A stretch of DNA of 64,000 nucleotides from Sedimentisphaerales bacterium (lineage in GTDB: Bacteria > Planctomycetota > Phycisphaerae > Sedimentisphaerales > Anaerobacaceae): assembly GCA_963708075.1 (NCBI GenBank), contig OY970194.1, positions 1,312,001-1,376,000 of the forward strand, read 5' to 3'. The position numbers and the translations under genes were made by a program. The notes beneath the pieces were generated by a model, which had not been told where the DNA came from, searched no databases, and saw only the letters and a list, made by a program, of their open reading frames with translations. Of the stretch, positions 48,270-57,269 are shown piece by piece (position 1 is the first letter of the stretch; the number at the start of each line of letters is the position of its first letter).

Positions 48270-48770
48270 CTATCTGTCGGGCTCATCTGCGGTGATGGTG
48301 AACGATATGGGGAACTCCAGCGTGCCGCTCCAAATGGCTTTGATCGCCGGGTCCCTGTAAGCAAGATCGGGGTCCGGCACGAGAACGAGCGTGGCTCTAT
48401 ACCGGCCGGGCGCCTCCACGACGAAATTCGAAGGGTCCACCATGAAGTTGCCGGAACTGCCGGTCCTCGCGGAGAATCCGGGCGGCCATATGCCATGCAC
48501 CGGCGTCTCTCGCCCGTCAGGCAATCGCAGTGTGACCCTGAACGCGGCGGCCAGAGGGATATTCTTGTAGAGAATTTCCGCCGAGCCTCTCATCCATCGC
48601 CTGCCGGCGGGCGTCGAAAACTCGCCTATAGTCCAAATGTGCCTTGCAGAGAACGCAGCGTGCATGCCTTGGTCGATCTCCGGGGACGATATCAATTCGA
48701 CCCTCTCGGCAGCATCGTCTCCCGCGGTGGTGAAGATGATCCAACGCAATATCCGATGTACACGTCCCAT
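48270..48770 (-). CDS. Hypothetical protein, possibly a C-terminal fragment
   Basis: Protein-like 3' half (PGRYRATLVLVPDPDLAY...IWSGTLEFP) but no convincing start or RBS. Confidence 0.45.
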   Translation of the reverse strand: MGRVHRILRWIIFTTAGDDAAERVELISSPEIDQGMHAAFSARHIWTIGEFSTPAGRRWMRGSAEILYKNIPLAAAFRVTLRLPDGRETPVHGIWPPGFSARTGSSGNFMVDPSNFVVEAPGRYRATLVLVPDPDLAYRDPAIKAIWSGTLEFPISFTITADEPDR

Positions 48771-48793
48771 CGGGCATCAGGGTCCTGAAAGTC

Positions 48794-49738
48794 CTACAAC
48801 GGCTCATAGAATCGCTCGGGGCGGTCGCCGAGGGTGTTGGTCAGTGTGCCGAGGCCCTCAATACTACATTCGATTCGGTCGCCGGCGTTGAGAAAGTTGC
48901 CTGTGGCGACGCCCACGCCGGCCGGTGTCCCGGTGCAGATAACGTCGCCGGGCTCGAGCGTCGTGATATGGCTTATGAATGACACGATGTCGGCTATGGG
49001 ATAGATCATCTGCGACGTGTTCGCGTCCTGGCGGACCTCGTCATTGACCTTGAGGACCATCTTGAGGTTCTGCATGTTGGCGATCTCATCGCTGGTCACG
49101 AGGTAGGGCCCGAGGGGACAGAAGCCATCGGCCCACTTGCCGTTGAGCCAGTCATAGAACTCATCCCACGGCCGCTTCTGGCGGTTCTTCGAGAATGTCA
49201 CACTGCGCGCGGAGACGTCGTTGGCAATCGTATAACCCGCAACGTAGAGCAATGCCCTGTCCGGATCGATGCACTTGGCCTTCCTGCCGATGATGACGGC
49301 AAGCTCAAGCTCATAGTCGATCTGCTCGCTGTACACGGGCCATGGGATGACGTCATCGGGGCCGATGACAACCGTTGACGGCATGAGGAAGGGGCGGGGT
49401 ACAGTCGTTTGTCGGGCGGAGTCCGACAGGCCCAGGTTGAACCCGCGTTTCAGGGCGGCCTCCTTGATGTGCTCGCTGTAGTTGCCCGCGAGGGCGAGGA
49501 CCTTGCCCGGCCGGGGGATTGGCGCCAGAAGCTTCACAGCGTCGGGAGACCTCGTTCGCCAGGGCGAGGCGGCCAGTTGTCGCACCTGGTTCATGCACGC
49601 CGAGCCTCGCTCCAGAATCTCCAGCACGCTGGCCGGCGGGTTGGGCTCCTTCCATGACTCGGGGATATCGACGATCCCGCGGTCCGTCAAGACACCGCAG
49701 GAGATGGTATTCTCGTATGAGTAGCTTAGCAATTTCAC
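48794..49738 (-). CDS. Fumarylacetoacetate hydrolase-family protein
   Basis: DYELELAVIIG, GYTIANDVSAR, TLEPGDVICTGTPAGVG. Confidence 0.93.
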   Translation of the reverse strand: MKLLSYSYENTISCGVLTDRGIVDIPESWKEPNPPASVLEILERGSACMNQVRQLAASPWRTRSPDAVKLLAPIPRPGKVLALAGNYSEHIKEAALKRGFNLGLSDSARQTTVPRPFLMPSTVVIGPDDVIPWPVYSEQIDYELELAVIIGRKAKCIDPDRALLYVAGYTIANDVSARSVTFSKNRQKRPWDEFYDWLNGKWADGFCPLGPYLVTSDEIANMQNLKMVLKVNDEVRQDANTSQMIYPIADIVSFISHITTLEPGDVICTGTPAGVGVATGNFLNAGDRIECSIEGLGTLTNTLGDRPERFYEPL

Positions 49739-50057
49739 GCTCGTATCTCTCCTAAAGACAGCCGTCAGATTCTATGCAGATATTCTACTCCCTTGGAGCG
49801 TGGGCACAAGCCCGGTTTTCATGTGGATCGCTGCGTCTGATAATATCCGGGCCCCCAGATGTGCCCACACAGACAAAGCGGTGTGATACCTGCCTGCGCA
49901 CATCCTTCCAAACGCTCGGTCCGCCCGTATATCCCCTTTACAGGGCAGTGTTTCGCTCAAGGGAAAATCACCGATGGTCCGATTTTATTTATGTGACGGC
50001 GAATCACGCCGGACGCGAAGTGCCGTACAGGGGCTCGAGTTGAAGGGATGCTGAAGG

Positions 50058-50831
50058 ATGACGTTAAAGGGAATTCTGAGCGGGACCGCCAGTTGGTGGC
50101 GCGCCCACAGGTATGAGGATAACGACCATTGCGAGCCGGCGCTCGATGATGACGGCCTGCTGGCGATGGATTTCGAGCCGGATAGCGATCTCGAGGACGT
50201 GGGATCGACAGGACCGAGGAGCCGGCCGGTGGTGGTCAGCCCGATTACCTCCATTGAGCGGCGAGAGCCGGCCGAGAGGCTCCAGGAGGGCCTTGATCAG
50301 CTCGTGAGCCAGCTTGAGCGGATCAACGATCATCTGGGCGAGCAACTGGCGCAGCACGAGGAGCTCATGGGCCGCGTCAGGCAGCTCCCGCAATTGCTGG
50401 AGAGCCTTCCGTCGGCCGTGGAGAACCAGAAGAAACTGACGTCGCAGCTCCTGGAGCACCTGAGGGTCGCGGCGGCCAGGGACCGGCAGTTCGGCGCGAT
50501 CATCGAGCAGATTCCCGTCGCCTCCGCCCGGCAGACGGATGCACTCATGGACATCAATCATCAGCTCGCGGTCGCCACCGATATCGATGTGCAGATGGCG
50601 GAGAGCTTCAACAGGTTCCGCATGACCCTGGATCGGCTCAACCAGAACACCGTGAGCAACACGGAAGGCATTCTGCAAATGAGCAGGACCTTCACCGCCA
50701 GCGACCGGTACCTCAAGTATGTCGTTGCGAGACTCAACAAGCGGTACGCCTGGACGCTGGCCTTGGCGCTGTCCGTCTGTGGAGCCGTAGTCGCCGCGCT
50801 CACTGGCGTGATTTTCTACCTCGCCCGCTGA
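50058..50831 (+). CDS. Coiled-coil hypothetical protein with C-terminal TM
   Basis: Heptad-rich helical sequence, hydrophobic tail. Confidence 0.7.
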   Translation: MTLKGILSGTASWWRAHRYEDNDHCEPALDDDGLLAMDFEPDSDLEDVGSTGPRSRPVVVSPITSIERREPAERLQEGLDQLVSQLERINDHLGEQLAQHEELMGRVRQLPQLLESLPSAVENQKKLTSQLLEHLRVAAARDRQFGAIIEQIPVASARQTDALMDINHQLAVATDIDVQMAESFNRFRMTLDRLNQNTVSNTEGILQMSRTFTASDRYLKYVVARLNKRYAWTLALALSVCGAVVAALTGVIFYLAR

Positions 50832-50899
50832 CGGGGGACACAAACCTCCGGAATAGATGCTGCGGAGGCGTTGCGCGCATCCGGCAAGTCCGTACGGTC

Positions 50900-51679
50900 T
50901 CACTGCGGTGATCTGCGACGGGGCACGACAATGCGATAGATGACAAAGGCGAGAGCCGCAAGGCCAAGGAAGGCAAGGAGCCACAACATTGTCGGGAGGG
51001 TATCGCCAGGGGTGAACAAGCCGGCGATCATGCGGGCCAGGACGACGTAGGCATTGCCCCAAGCCTCGGAGCGGAAGAACGCCACCGGCGCGTTGGGGGC
51101 GCCGATGAAGGGACGCAGGACCCAGGCCATTTGGATGCCGACGAACGCGTAGAGGAAGAACCACGCCCAGAGCAGTTGCCGATGGCGCGACGTTCGGCGG
51201 ATGAGCGGGCCATAGTACCGGCGGACGACCACCTGTGCCGCGGCGCTGGCGACGCCGAACATCAGGGCATTGAAGAGCACCGCTTGCCGGTAGTTGGCGC
51301 ACGACAGGTACCAGAAGGCCGTGATCGGAGCCAGGCCTGCGAGGACGACCGTGATACACGATTGCGTGGCGACCACGGTGCGCAGGACTTCACGGAAGTC
51401 ATCGCGCAGGCCGGCCACCGTGTTAATGACAAAGAAACTGGGTAGACAAAGCAGAAAGGTGGCCAGCAGCAACAGGGGGACCTTTACGCCGGAGTAGAGC
51501 AACTGATGGAGTCGTTCAGGAGCGAGGCCGCTGTATGTGCCCATAACGGCCCCATAGAACAGGCCGCAGGCGATCAGCAGAATGAACAGCCAGAGGAGAC
51601 GGCCCGACAGCGGGGCGTCGGAGGCGAACACACCACGGCCGCGCAGAAAGTCATCGATGGCTCGAAAGAAAGCTCGCAT
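50900..51679 (-). CDS. Integral membrane hypothetical protein (paralog of the upstream gene)
   Basis: KVPLLLL...LPSFFV; YAFVGIQMAWVLRPFIG. Confidence 0.8.
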   Translation of the reverse strand: MRAFFRAIDDFLRGRGVFASDAPLSGRLLWLFILLIACGLFYGAVMGTYSGLAPERLHQLLYSGVKVPLLLLATFLLCLPSFFVINTVAGLRDDFREVLRTVVATQSCITVVLAGLAPITAFWYLSCANYRQAVLFNALMFGVASAAAQVVVRRYYGPLIRRTSRHRQLLWAWFFLYAFVGIQMAWVLRPFIGAPNAPVAFFRSEAWGNAYVVLARMIAGLFTPGDTLPTMLWLLAFLGLAALAFVIYRIVVPRRRSPQ

Positions 51680-52454
51680 TATTGACCAAGCAGTTGAGCG
51701 AGCGTGCGGAGAACGTCGACAAAGAAGTTCGCCTCACGACCGCGGAACAGTTGGAAAGGCAGGTCCGGGCGACCGATGAAGGGGCGAAGAATCCAGCCCA
51801 TCTGCGCCCGACCAACGCATAAATCACCACCCACACCAGGAAGGTCTTGCTCGCGGCAGTCTTCTCCCTCGCCAGGGGTTGAGGCGTGGATTGGACGGTC
51901 ACGGCCCCTGCCGCCTTATCCAGATCGGGCATAGTAGCAGGGGGCGGGGACTGGGCCGCCTCAAGGCTGGAAAGCATGGCCAGCAGGACCTTGAGCCCGA
52001 TGATGCCGGCGACCGTGAAGAAGAACACGTTCAGGAGCTTCATGAAAGGGTAGCTGGTCGTGCTGAGCGTGAAGAACGCGGTGATCGGGCCGAGGGACGC
52101 GAGCACGGCCAGGTTGATGACAATCGGGACGAGGATAAGCCGGAATGTGTCCTTCGGCCCCAGCCGCACGCCCAACAGCGCGCTGAAGACGTAGAGCGAC
52201 GGGAAGGTCACCGCGAGCGTCAGGAAGAACAGGGCCGGCACCTTGACGGCCGACGTCACCAGTTGCGCGAAGGAGGGCGGTGTCCGCGTCGCGACAGCGT
52301 ACAAGCCCATGCACACCCCGTAGATCATCCCCATCGCCACCGATACTACGACGAGCGGTTGGATGTGAATGTGAGCTGTGCCTTCCGCGAGCAGCCGCGG
52401 ATCGGCCTTGCGGCCGCGCAGGGCCTCATCCAATTCTCTCAGCCAATGGATCAT
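51679..52454 (-). CDS. Integral membrane hypothetical protein; -1 frameshift at 51807-51809
   Basis: KVPALFF...FPSLYVF; corrected end YALVGAQMGWILRPFIG...LLGQ* gives a TAATG overlap with the next gene. Confidence 0.8.
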
Positions 52455-52618
52455 TTCCGCACACTCCTTTTCTTAGAGCCAGGCCAACCGATATCCCTTG
52501 CCACCTGTGTCATAGATCTCAGACACCCGGCGGGCATCATTCCGCTGCAAGTAGTGTAAGAACGGACTGTTTCTCTCGCAAGACAGATCCTCTCGAAATC
52601 TTGGTCAGAGTCCCTATT

Positions 52619-52843
52619 TCAACGGTACGTCCACTTGATCTGAAACTCGACTTCCTCGCTGCCCCCTTCGCGTTCATGTTCGACATTGAATTCGGCACGA
52701 ACGGGCATGTAGATGCGTTCCCCGGCGATCTGGATCTCGAACTTCTTCCCCTTTTCCAGGGCATCCGCCAGTCGCCGCAACTTCGCCACAAACTGCGAGA
52801 CTGCATACCCTTTTTCAATGTCCCGTTTCTGCTTGCGTCCCAT
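52619..52843 (-). CDS. Amphi-Trp domain protein
   Basis: KLRRLADALE...IQIAGERI...EHERE...EVEFQIKW. Confidence 0.85.
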   Translation of the reverse strand: MGRKQKRDIEKGYAVSQFVAKLRRLADALEKGKKFEIQIAGERIYMPVRAEFNVEHEREGGSEEVEFQIKWTYR

Positions 52844-52901
52844 GTCCTGTCCTCAGAGTCTCACCTGTGTCGCGGTTTCGTTCGAATGCGCATGAGCGCG
52901 C

Positions 52902-53237
52902 TCAGTAGATGCATGCGTCCAGGACAGAGAGTACCTCGTCCAGCACGGGCTGCGGCGCTTTGGCGATTCGTCTGGCGTTGCGAGCCCGAAAGTCAATGGA
53001 TTTGACTTGCTCTGCCATCACGAAGCCTGAGACCCGCGGGCATCCGGCAACGGCGACATGGAACGGGAATCCGCGTTCCGTGGTTGTGACGGGGCAGACG
53101 ATGGCAAGGCCCGTGTGCCTGTTGAAGAGATAATGGCTGATGACCATGGCCGGCCTGCGGCCTTTCTGTTCGTGGCCGGATTGCGGATCGAACGTCAGGG
53201 CAATCAGATCGCCTCGCTGAGGGATGTACTGAGCCAT
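52902..53237 (-). CDS. mazF: PemK/MazF-family endoribonuclease toxin
   Basis: YIPQRGD...FDPQSGHEQKGRRPA...CPVT...EQVKSIDF. Confidence 0.92.
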   Translation of the reverse strand: MAQYIPQRGDLIALTFDPQSGHEQKGRRPAMVISHYLFNRHTGLAIVCPVTTTERGFPFHVAVAGCPRVSGFVMAEQVKSIDFRARNARRIAKAPQPVLDEVLSVLDACIY

Positions 53238-53486
53238 CTACCACACCTCTTTGCCGGCCGGTCGGCCCCAGTCAAACTCCTCAGTTCGATAATCCTTGGG
53301 GATTCGCTTGACAAGCTGCTGAAGGCTGTGTTTACCCCTCGGATGCTTCACGGGGGCCACTACGATCACGCCGTCGCGGACAGCCACGTCCACCTCATCC
53401 CCGACGGAAATCTGTGCGTCATCCAGTAGTTGCTTGCTCAAACGCAGCCCCTGGCTGTTTCCCCATTTCTGTACTTTCGTTACCAT
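53238..53486 (-). CDS. mazE: AbrB/MazE-family antitoxin
   Basis: VQKWGNSQGLRL...EFDWGRPAGKEVW. Confidence 0.92.
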   Translation of the reverse strand: MVTKVQKWGNSQGLRLSKQLLDDAQISVGDEVDVAVRDGVIVVAPVKHPRGKHSLQQLVKRIPKDYRTEEFDWGRPAGKEVW

Positions 53487-53504
53487 ATATGATTCTCCAA
53501 ATGG

Positions 53505-53541
53505 ATATACGAAGTATAGCCCACAGATTCACTCGCGTCAA
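53505..53541 (-). promoter_or_regulatory. mazEF promoter with palindromic operator
   Basis: Minus strand TTGACG-17 nt-TATACT; TATAC-gaa-GTATA palindrome overlaps the -10. Confidence 0.7.
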
Positions 53542-53579
53542 CCCTGGCGCGGTTGCCCAGTGGAGAAGGCAAGGGAACT

Positions 53580-54392
53580 CTATGGATCGGATGCGCAACT
53601 CGGCGGACCGGGTTCGATTCGGCCGCCGTAGACTTCGATCAGACACCGGCGGAACACACGGTCGAGATCGTCCGTGGAGGTGCGTGTCGCCGGAGGCGTG
53701 GGCTTTTCCGAAAGACGGGCAAGCTCACGCTCCAGGAAATCGGAGATGATCGGGATCCGCGGCCCGCGGGCCAGCTCGTCGCCATCCTTCTTTCGTCGGA
53801 CCATGTCCTGAACCGCTGTCTTCAATTCGCCATCATCAAGAATACGATCGATCAGTGCGTCGAACTTCATGGGTACTACGCCATAGTCCCTCTCGATCCA
53901 CAGGCATGCGAGCACCGGCCGCAGGACGTACAGGTACTTCTTGAGCCAGACTACATCACCCTGCAGGTACTCGCGATTGTTGCCCTGGGCCATGTGCAGA
54001 TAGTGATAGTGGCACGTAGCGGGCTGGTAGTACTGGGGCATCAACTCGCGAATCCACGCTGTGATGTCTTGCCGCTCCCGGTATACAATGGGCGACTGGA
54101 GCCACTCCAGCAGCGGCGGATTCGAACTGCGGAGCAACTGCAACGCCTTTCGGAGGTCCCAGCCGGAGATGTCCAATACTTCGTCCGCTGGCGGCTCGAT
54201 CACGTCTCGTCCGAGCATGACGCGTAGATACCATTGTGTTGGCTGAACATAGATGAACCGAACGTCGAAATCGCTGTCCTGTGATTCGAATCCCCATGCC
54301 CGGCTGCCCGACTCGCACGCGTAGAGGATACAAACGTTCTGGTCTCGTTCGATTCGTCCCAACTCCACTCGGATTTGTTCCGTTGGCGTCAT
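53580..54392 (-). CDS. DNA polymerase beta-superfamily nucleotidyltransferase (YcgL/RlaP-like)
   Basis: ESGSRAWGFESQDSDFDVRF, GWDLRKAL, SNPPLLEWLQSP, KKYLYVLRP. Confidence 0.88.
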   Translation of the reverse strand: MTPTEQIRVELGRIERDQNVCILYACESGSRAWGFESQDSDFDVRFIYVQPTQWYLRVMLGRDVIEPPADEVLDISGWDLRKALQLLRSSNPPLLEWLQSPIVYRERQDITAWIRELMPQYYQPATCHYHYLHMAQGNNREYLQGDVVWLKKYLYVLRPVLACLWIERDYGVVPMKFDALIDRILDDGELKTAVQDMVRRKKDGDELARGPRIPIISDFLERELARLSEKPTPPATRTSTDDLDRVFRRCLIEVYGGRIEPGPPSCASDP

Positions 54393-54441
54393 TTAACAGC
54401 ATTCCCAAGGAACCAATGTCCTATGCACATGGGGTCGCAGC

Positions 54442-55269
54442 CTACAGCGGCAGGTCGCGGCGGCGCCAGATGAGGGCGCCGACGACGGCCGTGGATAGAA
54501 GAATCACTGTCAGCCAGACCATATTGCGGACGGGCCATTCGTACATCAGGTTGGAGTAATAGATGAAGTAGAACAATGTGGCCCGGTGGAGGAAGCGGAT
54601 CGAAGGCAACCACTCGGAGACGAGGGACACGAAGTAGTTGAGCGTGAGGAAGGCGACCGCGGCGCCCAGGGCCGAATACAGCCGGGAGAATGTTGCCGCA
54701 CAGAGCAGGGCGAACGCGCCGAAAGAGCTGGCGAGCAGTCCGCCGTTGATGGCGATGCGAAAGAATAAATCGAGAGGGATGGGCTGGTCGAAACGGTAGA
54801 TGCGCACGGCGACGGCGGTCCCGAGGAACATTGTCAGGACGAGGGCGAACATGCCGGCGAGCGTCAGGACACACGCGCAGAGATAGACCTGCGTTTTCGT
54901 TACGGGTCGGCTGAGGATCAGCTCCATGGTCCCTTTCTGCACCTCGCCGGTGAGCAGGCCCGTAGGCACGCCGACGGCAAAGAGCATACAGAGAAACATG
55001 ACGAATGGATGCTGGTAGCCGATGGTGAGCAGTGCGGCCGTGTTGCCGGCCTGCAGCATGTCGCCGCCGAGGGCGGTCTTGACAATCGACGGGAGCATGT
55101 CGAGGAATGCGAGGAAGGCCCGGACGTTTGCATTGTCGTGCACGATGGCGCTGACGGCAATCTGCATCAGAAAAATCAGCAAGGCGATCCCGAGCCAGAC
55201 AGGCAGGATGCGCAGGAACCAGAATCGCAGCAGGGCAAACGGGAATGGCGGCCGGGATGTATGGCTCAT
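54442..55269 (-). CDS. ABC-2 transporter permease
   Basis: GEVQKGTMELILSRPV, terminal RRDLP. Confidence 0.85.
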   Translation of the reverse strand: MSHTSRPPFPFALLRFWFLRILPVWLGIALLIFLMQIAVSAIVHDNANVRAFLAFLDMLPSIVKTALGGDMLQAGNTAALLTIGYQHPFVMFLCMLFAVGVPTGLLTGEVQKGTMELILSRPVTKTQVYLCACVLTLAGMFALVLTMFLGTAVAVRIYRFDQPIPLDLFFRIAINGGLLASSFGAFALLCAATFSRLYSALGAAVAFLTLNYFVSLVSEWLPSIRFLHRATLFYFIYYSNLMYEWPVRNMVWLTVILLSTAVVGALIWRRRDLPL

Positions 55270-56207
55270 GGGCGCGTCCCCTCACGAGTCTTCAGCGAGT
55301 TGCCTGCAGCGGTGCCTGGCGGCTGATAGTACTGAATGAAAGCCTCCTCCAGAGATGTCTGCGGCGTAGTGATGCGGTCGATGGGAAACTGTGCGACCCA
55401 TTTCAGGATGGCATCGGATGTGCCCTGATAGGCAAGGTGGAGCATGTGGGCCTGTCGCTCGACAATGCGCACGCCCGGCAGCCGATCCAACGGCACCTCC
55501 GGAACCGGCGTGCCGTCCATGAACCAGACCTTCAGGCGGTATTCGCTCTCCCGGGTGATCTCGGAGATGGGCGCAACTTTCACGAGGCGACCCTCGCGCA
55601 GGATCGCCGCACGATTGCACATGGCGGATACCTCGCTCAGATCGTGCGATGACAAAAGCACGGCGGCGCCGGCCTCGGCGGCTTCGCGGATCAGGTCCAG
55701 CACGACCTGGCGTACGAGCGGGTCCAGGCCGGCGGTGGGCTCATCGAGCACCAGCACCTCCGGCCGGTGCTGAAAGGCATAGATGACCGCGACCTTTTGA
55801 CGATTCCCCTTGGAAAGGTCGCCTACGGGACGATTCAGATTCAGGCCCAGTCGCTCCGCCAACTCCTCGCGCCGAGCCTGCAGATCGTCGCTGCCGCCGA
55901 GTGCGGCAAGGGTATGCAGCAGGTAGCGTGCGCTGGGCCATCGCCAGATGCGAAACTCGCCCGGCAGATAGCCAATCCGCGCATGCTGGGTGGCTCGACC
56001 CGGCGCGACTCGCGTTCCGAGCACGCAGACGTGGCCGCCGCTCGGCCGCAGCAGGCCCATGATGCATCGAATCGTCGTGGTCTTGCCCGATCCGTTGGGG
56101 CCGAGATATCCAAACACTTCCCCGCGTTCGATGGCGAAGGTCACGTCCTCGACGCCGCGGCTCCGGCCGTACCATTTCGTCAACGAATTGATTTCAAGTG
56201 GCTTCAT
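55266..56207 (-). CDS. ABC transporter ATP-binding protein
   Basis: GPNGSGKTT, LSKGNRQK, LDEPTAGLDP. Confidence 0.92.
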   Translation of the reverse strand: MKPLEINSLTKWYGRSRGVEDVTFAIERGEVFGYLGPNGSGKTTTIRCIMGLLRPSGGHVCVLGTRVAPGRATQHARIGYLPGEFRIWRWPSARYLLHTLAALGGSDDLQARREELAERLGLNLNRPVGDLSKGNRQKVAVIYAFQHRPEVLVLDEPTAGLDPLVRQVVLDLIREAAEAGAAVLLSSHDLSEVSAMCNRAAILREGRLVKVAPISEITRESEYRLKVWFMDGTPVPEVPLDRLPGVRIVERQAHMLHLAYQGTSDAILKWVAQFPIDRITTPQTSLEEAFIQYYQPPGTAAGNSLKTREGTRP

Positions 56208-56219
56208 CCCGCTCGTTGC

Positions 56220-56384
56220 TTACTCGCTCACCTCCGCTTGCGATGTCTGGGGCCCCATGAGCCGGTAGATAATCGCATCGTGCAGGTCCGGCTCGCCCCA
56301 GAAGTAGATGACTAACAGGAAGATTCCCAGAATCAACATGCCACCAGCGTAATCGACTTTCAGGTTCGTCTGTGTTTCCGCCAT
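56220..56384 (-). CDS. 54-aa single-TM small protein (not in the ORF track)
   Basis: GAGGGA RBS; MAETQTNLKVDYAGGMLILGIFLLVIYFWGEPDLHDAIIYRLMGPQTSQAEVSE; ends 12 nt before the ABC ATPase start. Confidence 0.7.
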   Translation of the reverse strand: MAETQTNLKVDYAGGMLILGIFLLVIYFWGEPDLHDAIIYRLMGPQTSQAEVSE

Positions 56385-56484
56385 AACGGTCCCTCGTCAA
56401 TATCATGCCAATCCGCAATTGCATACGGCAGCTTTCCATCGGATCATACCGCCAAAGGATGACACCGGCAATATGCATGGCCGA

Positions 56485-57255
56485 CTATGATGGATTGCTC
56501 TCAGCCGGCGGCGGGCGGCGTCCCATTTGATAAATCTGGAGACCGAGAACGACGAGGGCAACATCGGCAGCGACGAGGCAAAGGACCTGTGTGAGCGACA
56601 GCAGGCCAAAATAGAGATACCCTTCCGTATCGCCACGCAGAAAGTCGGTGAGACTCCTGCCCAGTCCATAGATGGCGAGGAACCACAGCAGCTTTGTCCC
56701 GCGCCATCGCTCTGACCTGAGCATCGCGAAAACAAGCAGGATGATTAGCATGATGCCGATTTCGTAGAGTTGCGTCGGGTGGAGGGGCACGCCTGCCGGT
56801 GCGCCGCGAGCGGCCTCGGGAAACGTGATGGCCCAGGGCAATGAGCAGGGCTTGCCATAACAGTCGCCGTTAAGCAGACAGCCCAGCTTGGCGGCGATCC
56901 ACGGGACAGGAATTGACAACCCGACAAGATCCAGCGCCGCCCGCCTGTCTTGAGCGAGCAACAGCACTGCCGGGACAGCCAGCGCCCAATACGCCAGCAG
57001 CCCGCCCCAGAGCCCTCCGTGCAGGTAGTGCTCCGCCTGGAACAGCGCCGTCACATCCAGCGGGCCATGGCGAAGATCGAAGAGCAGTTTCGCGCCGAGG
57101 ACCATACCGACGAAGTAACACATGCTCGCGGTGATCCATACTCGCCGCTTGAGCCCGTACCTCCTCGCAACTCGCCAGCTCACCAGAAAGTGCAGGATAA
57201 TCCCGGCAAAGTACATGATCCCGTACGTCGGCATCGGTCCAATCCATGGCCACAT
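56485..57255 (-). CDS. Prolipoprotein diacylglyceryl transferase-family protein
   Basis: TYG, GGLWGG, KLGCLLNGDCYG, PWAITFP, HPTQLYE, DFLRGD. Confidence 0.85.
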   Translation of the reverse strand: MWPWIGPMPTYGIMYFAGIILHFLVSWRVARRYGLKRRVWITASMCYFVGMVLGAKLLFDLRHGPLDVTALFQAEHYLHGGLWGGLLAYWALAVPAVLLLAQDRRAALDLVGLSIPVPWIAAKLGCLLNGDCYGKPCSLPWAITFPEAARGAPAGVPLHPTQLYEIGIMLIILLVFAMLRSERWRGTKLLWFLAIYGLGRSLTDFLRGDTEGYLYFGLLSLTQVLCLVAADVALVVLGLQIYQMGRRPPPAESNPS

Positions 57256-57269
57256 AGGTGTCTCTCCAG

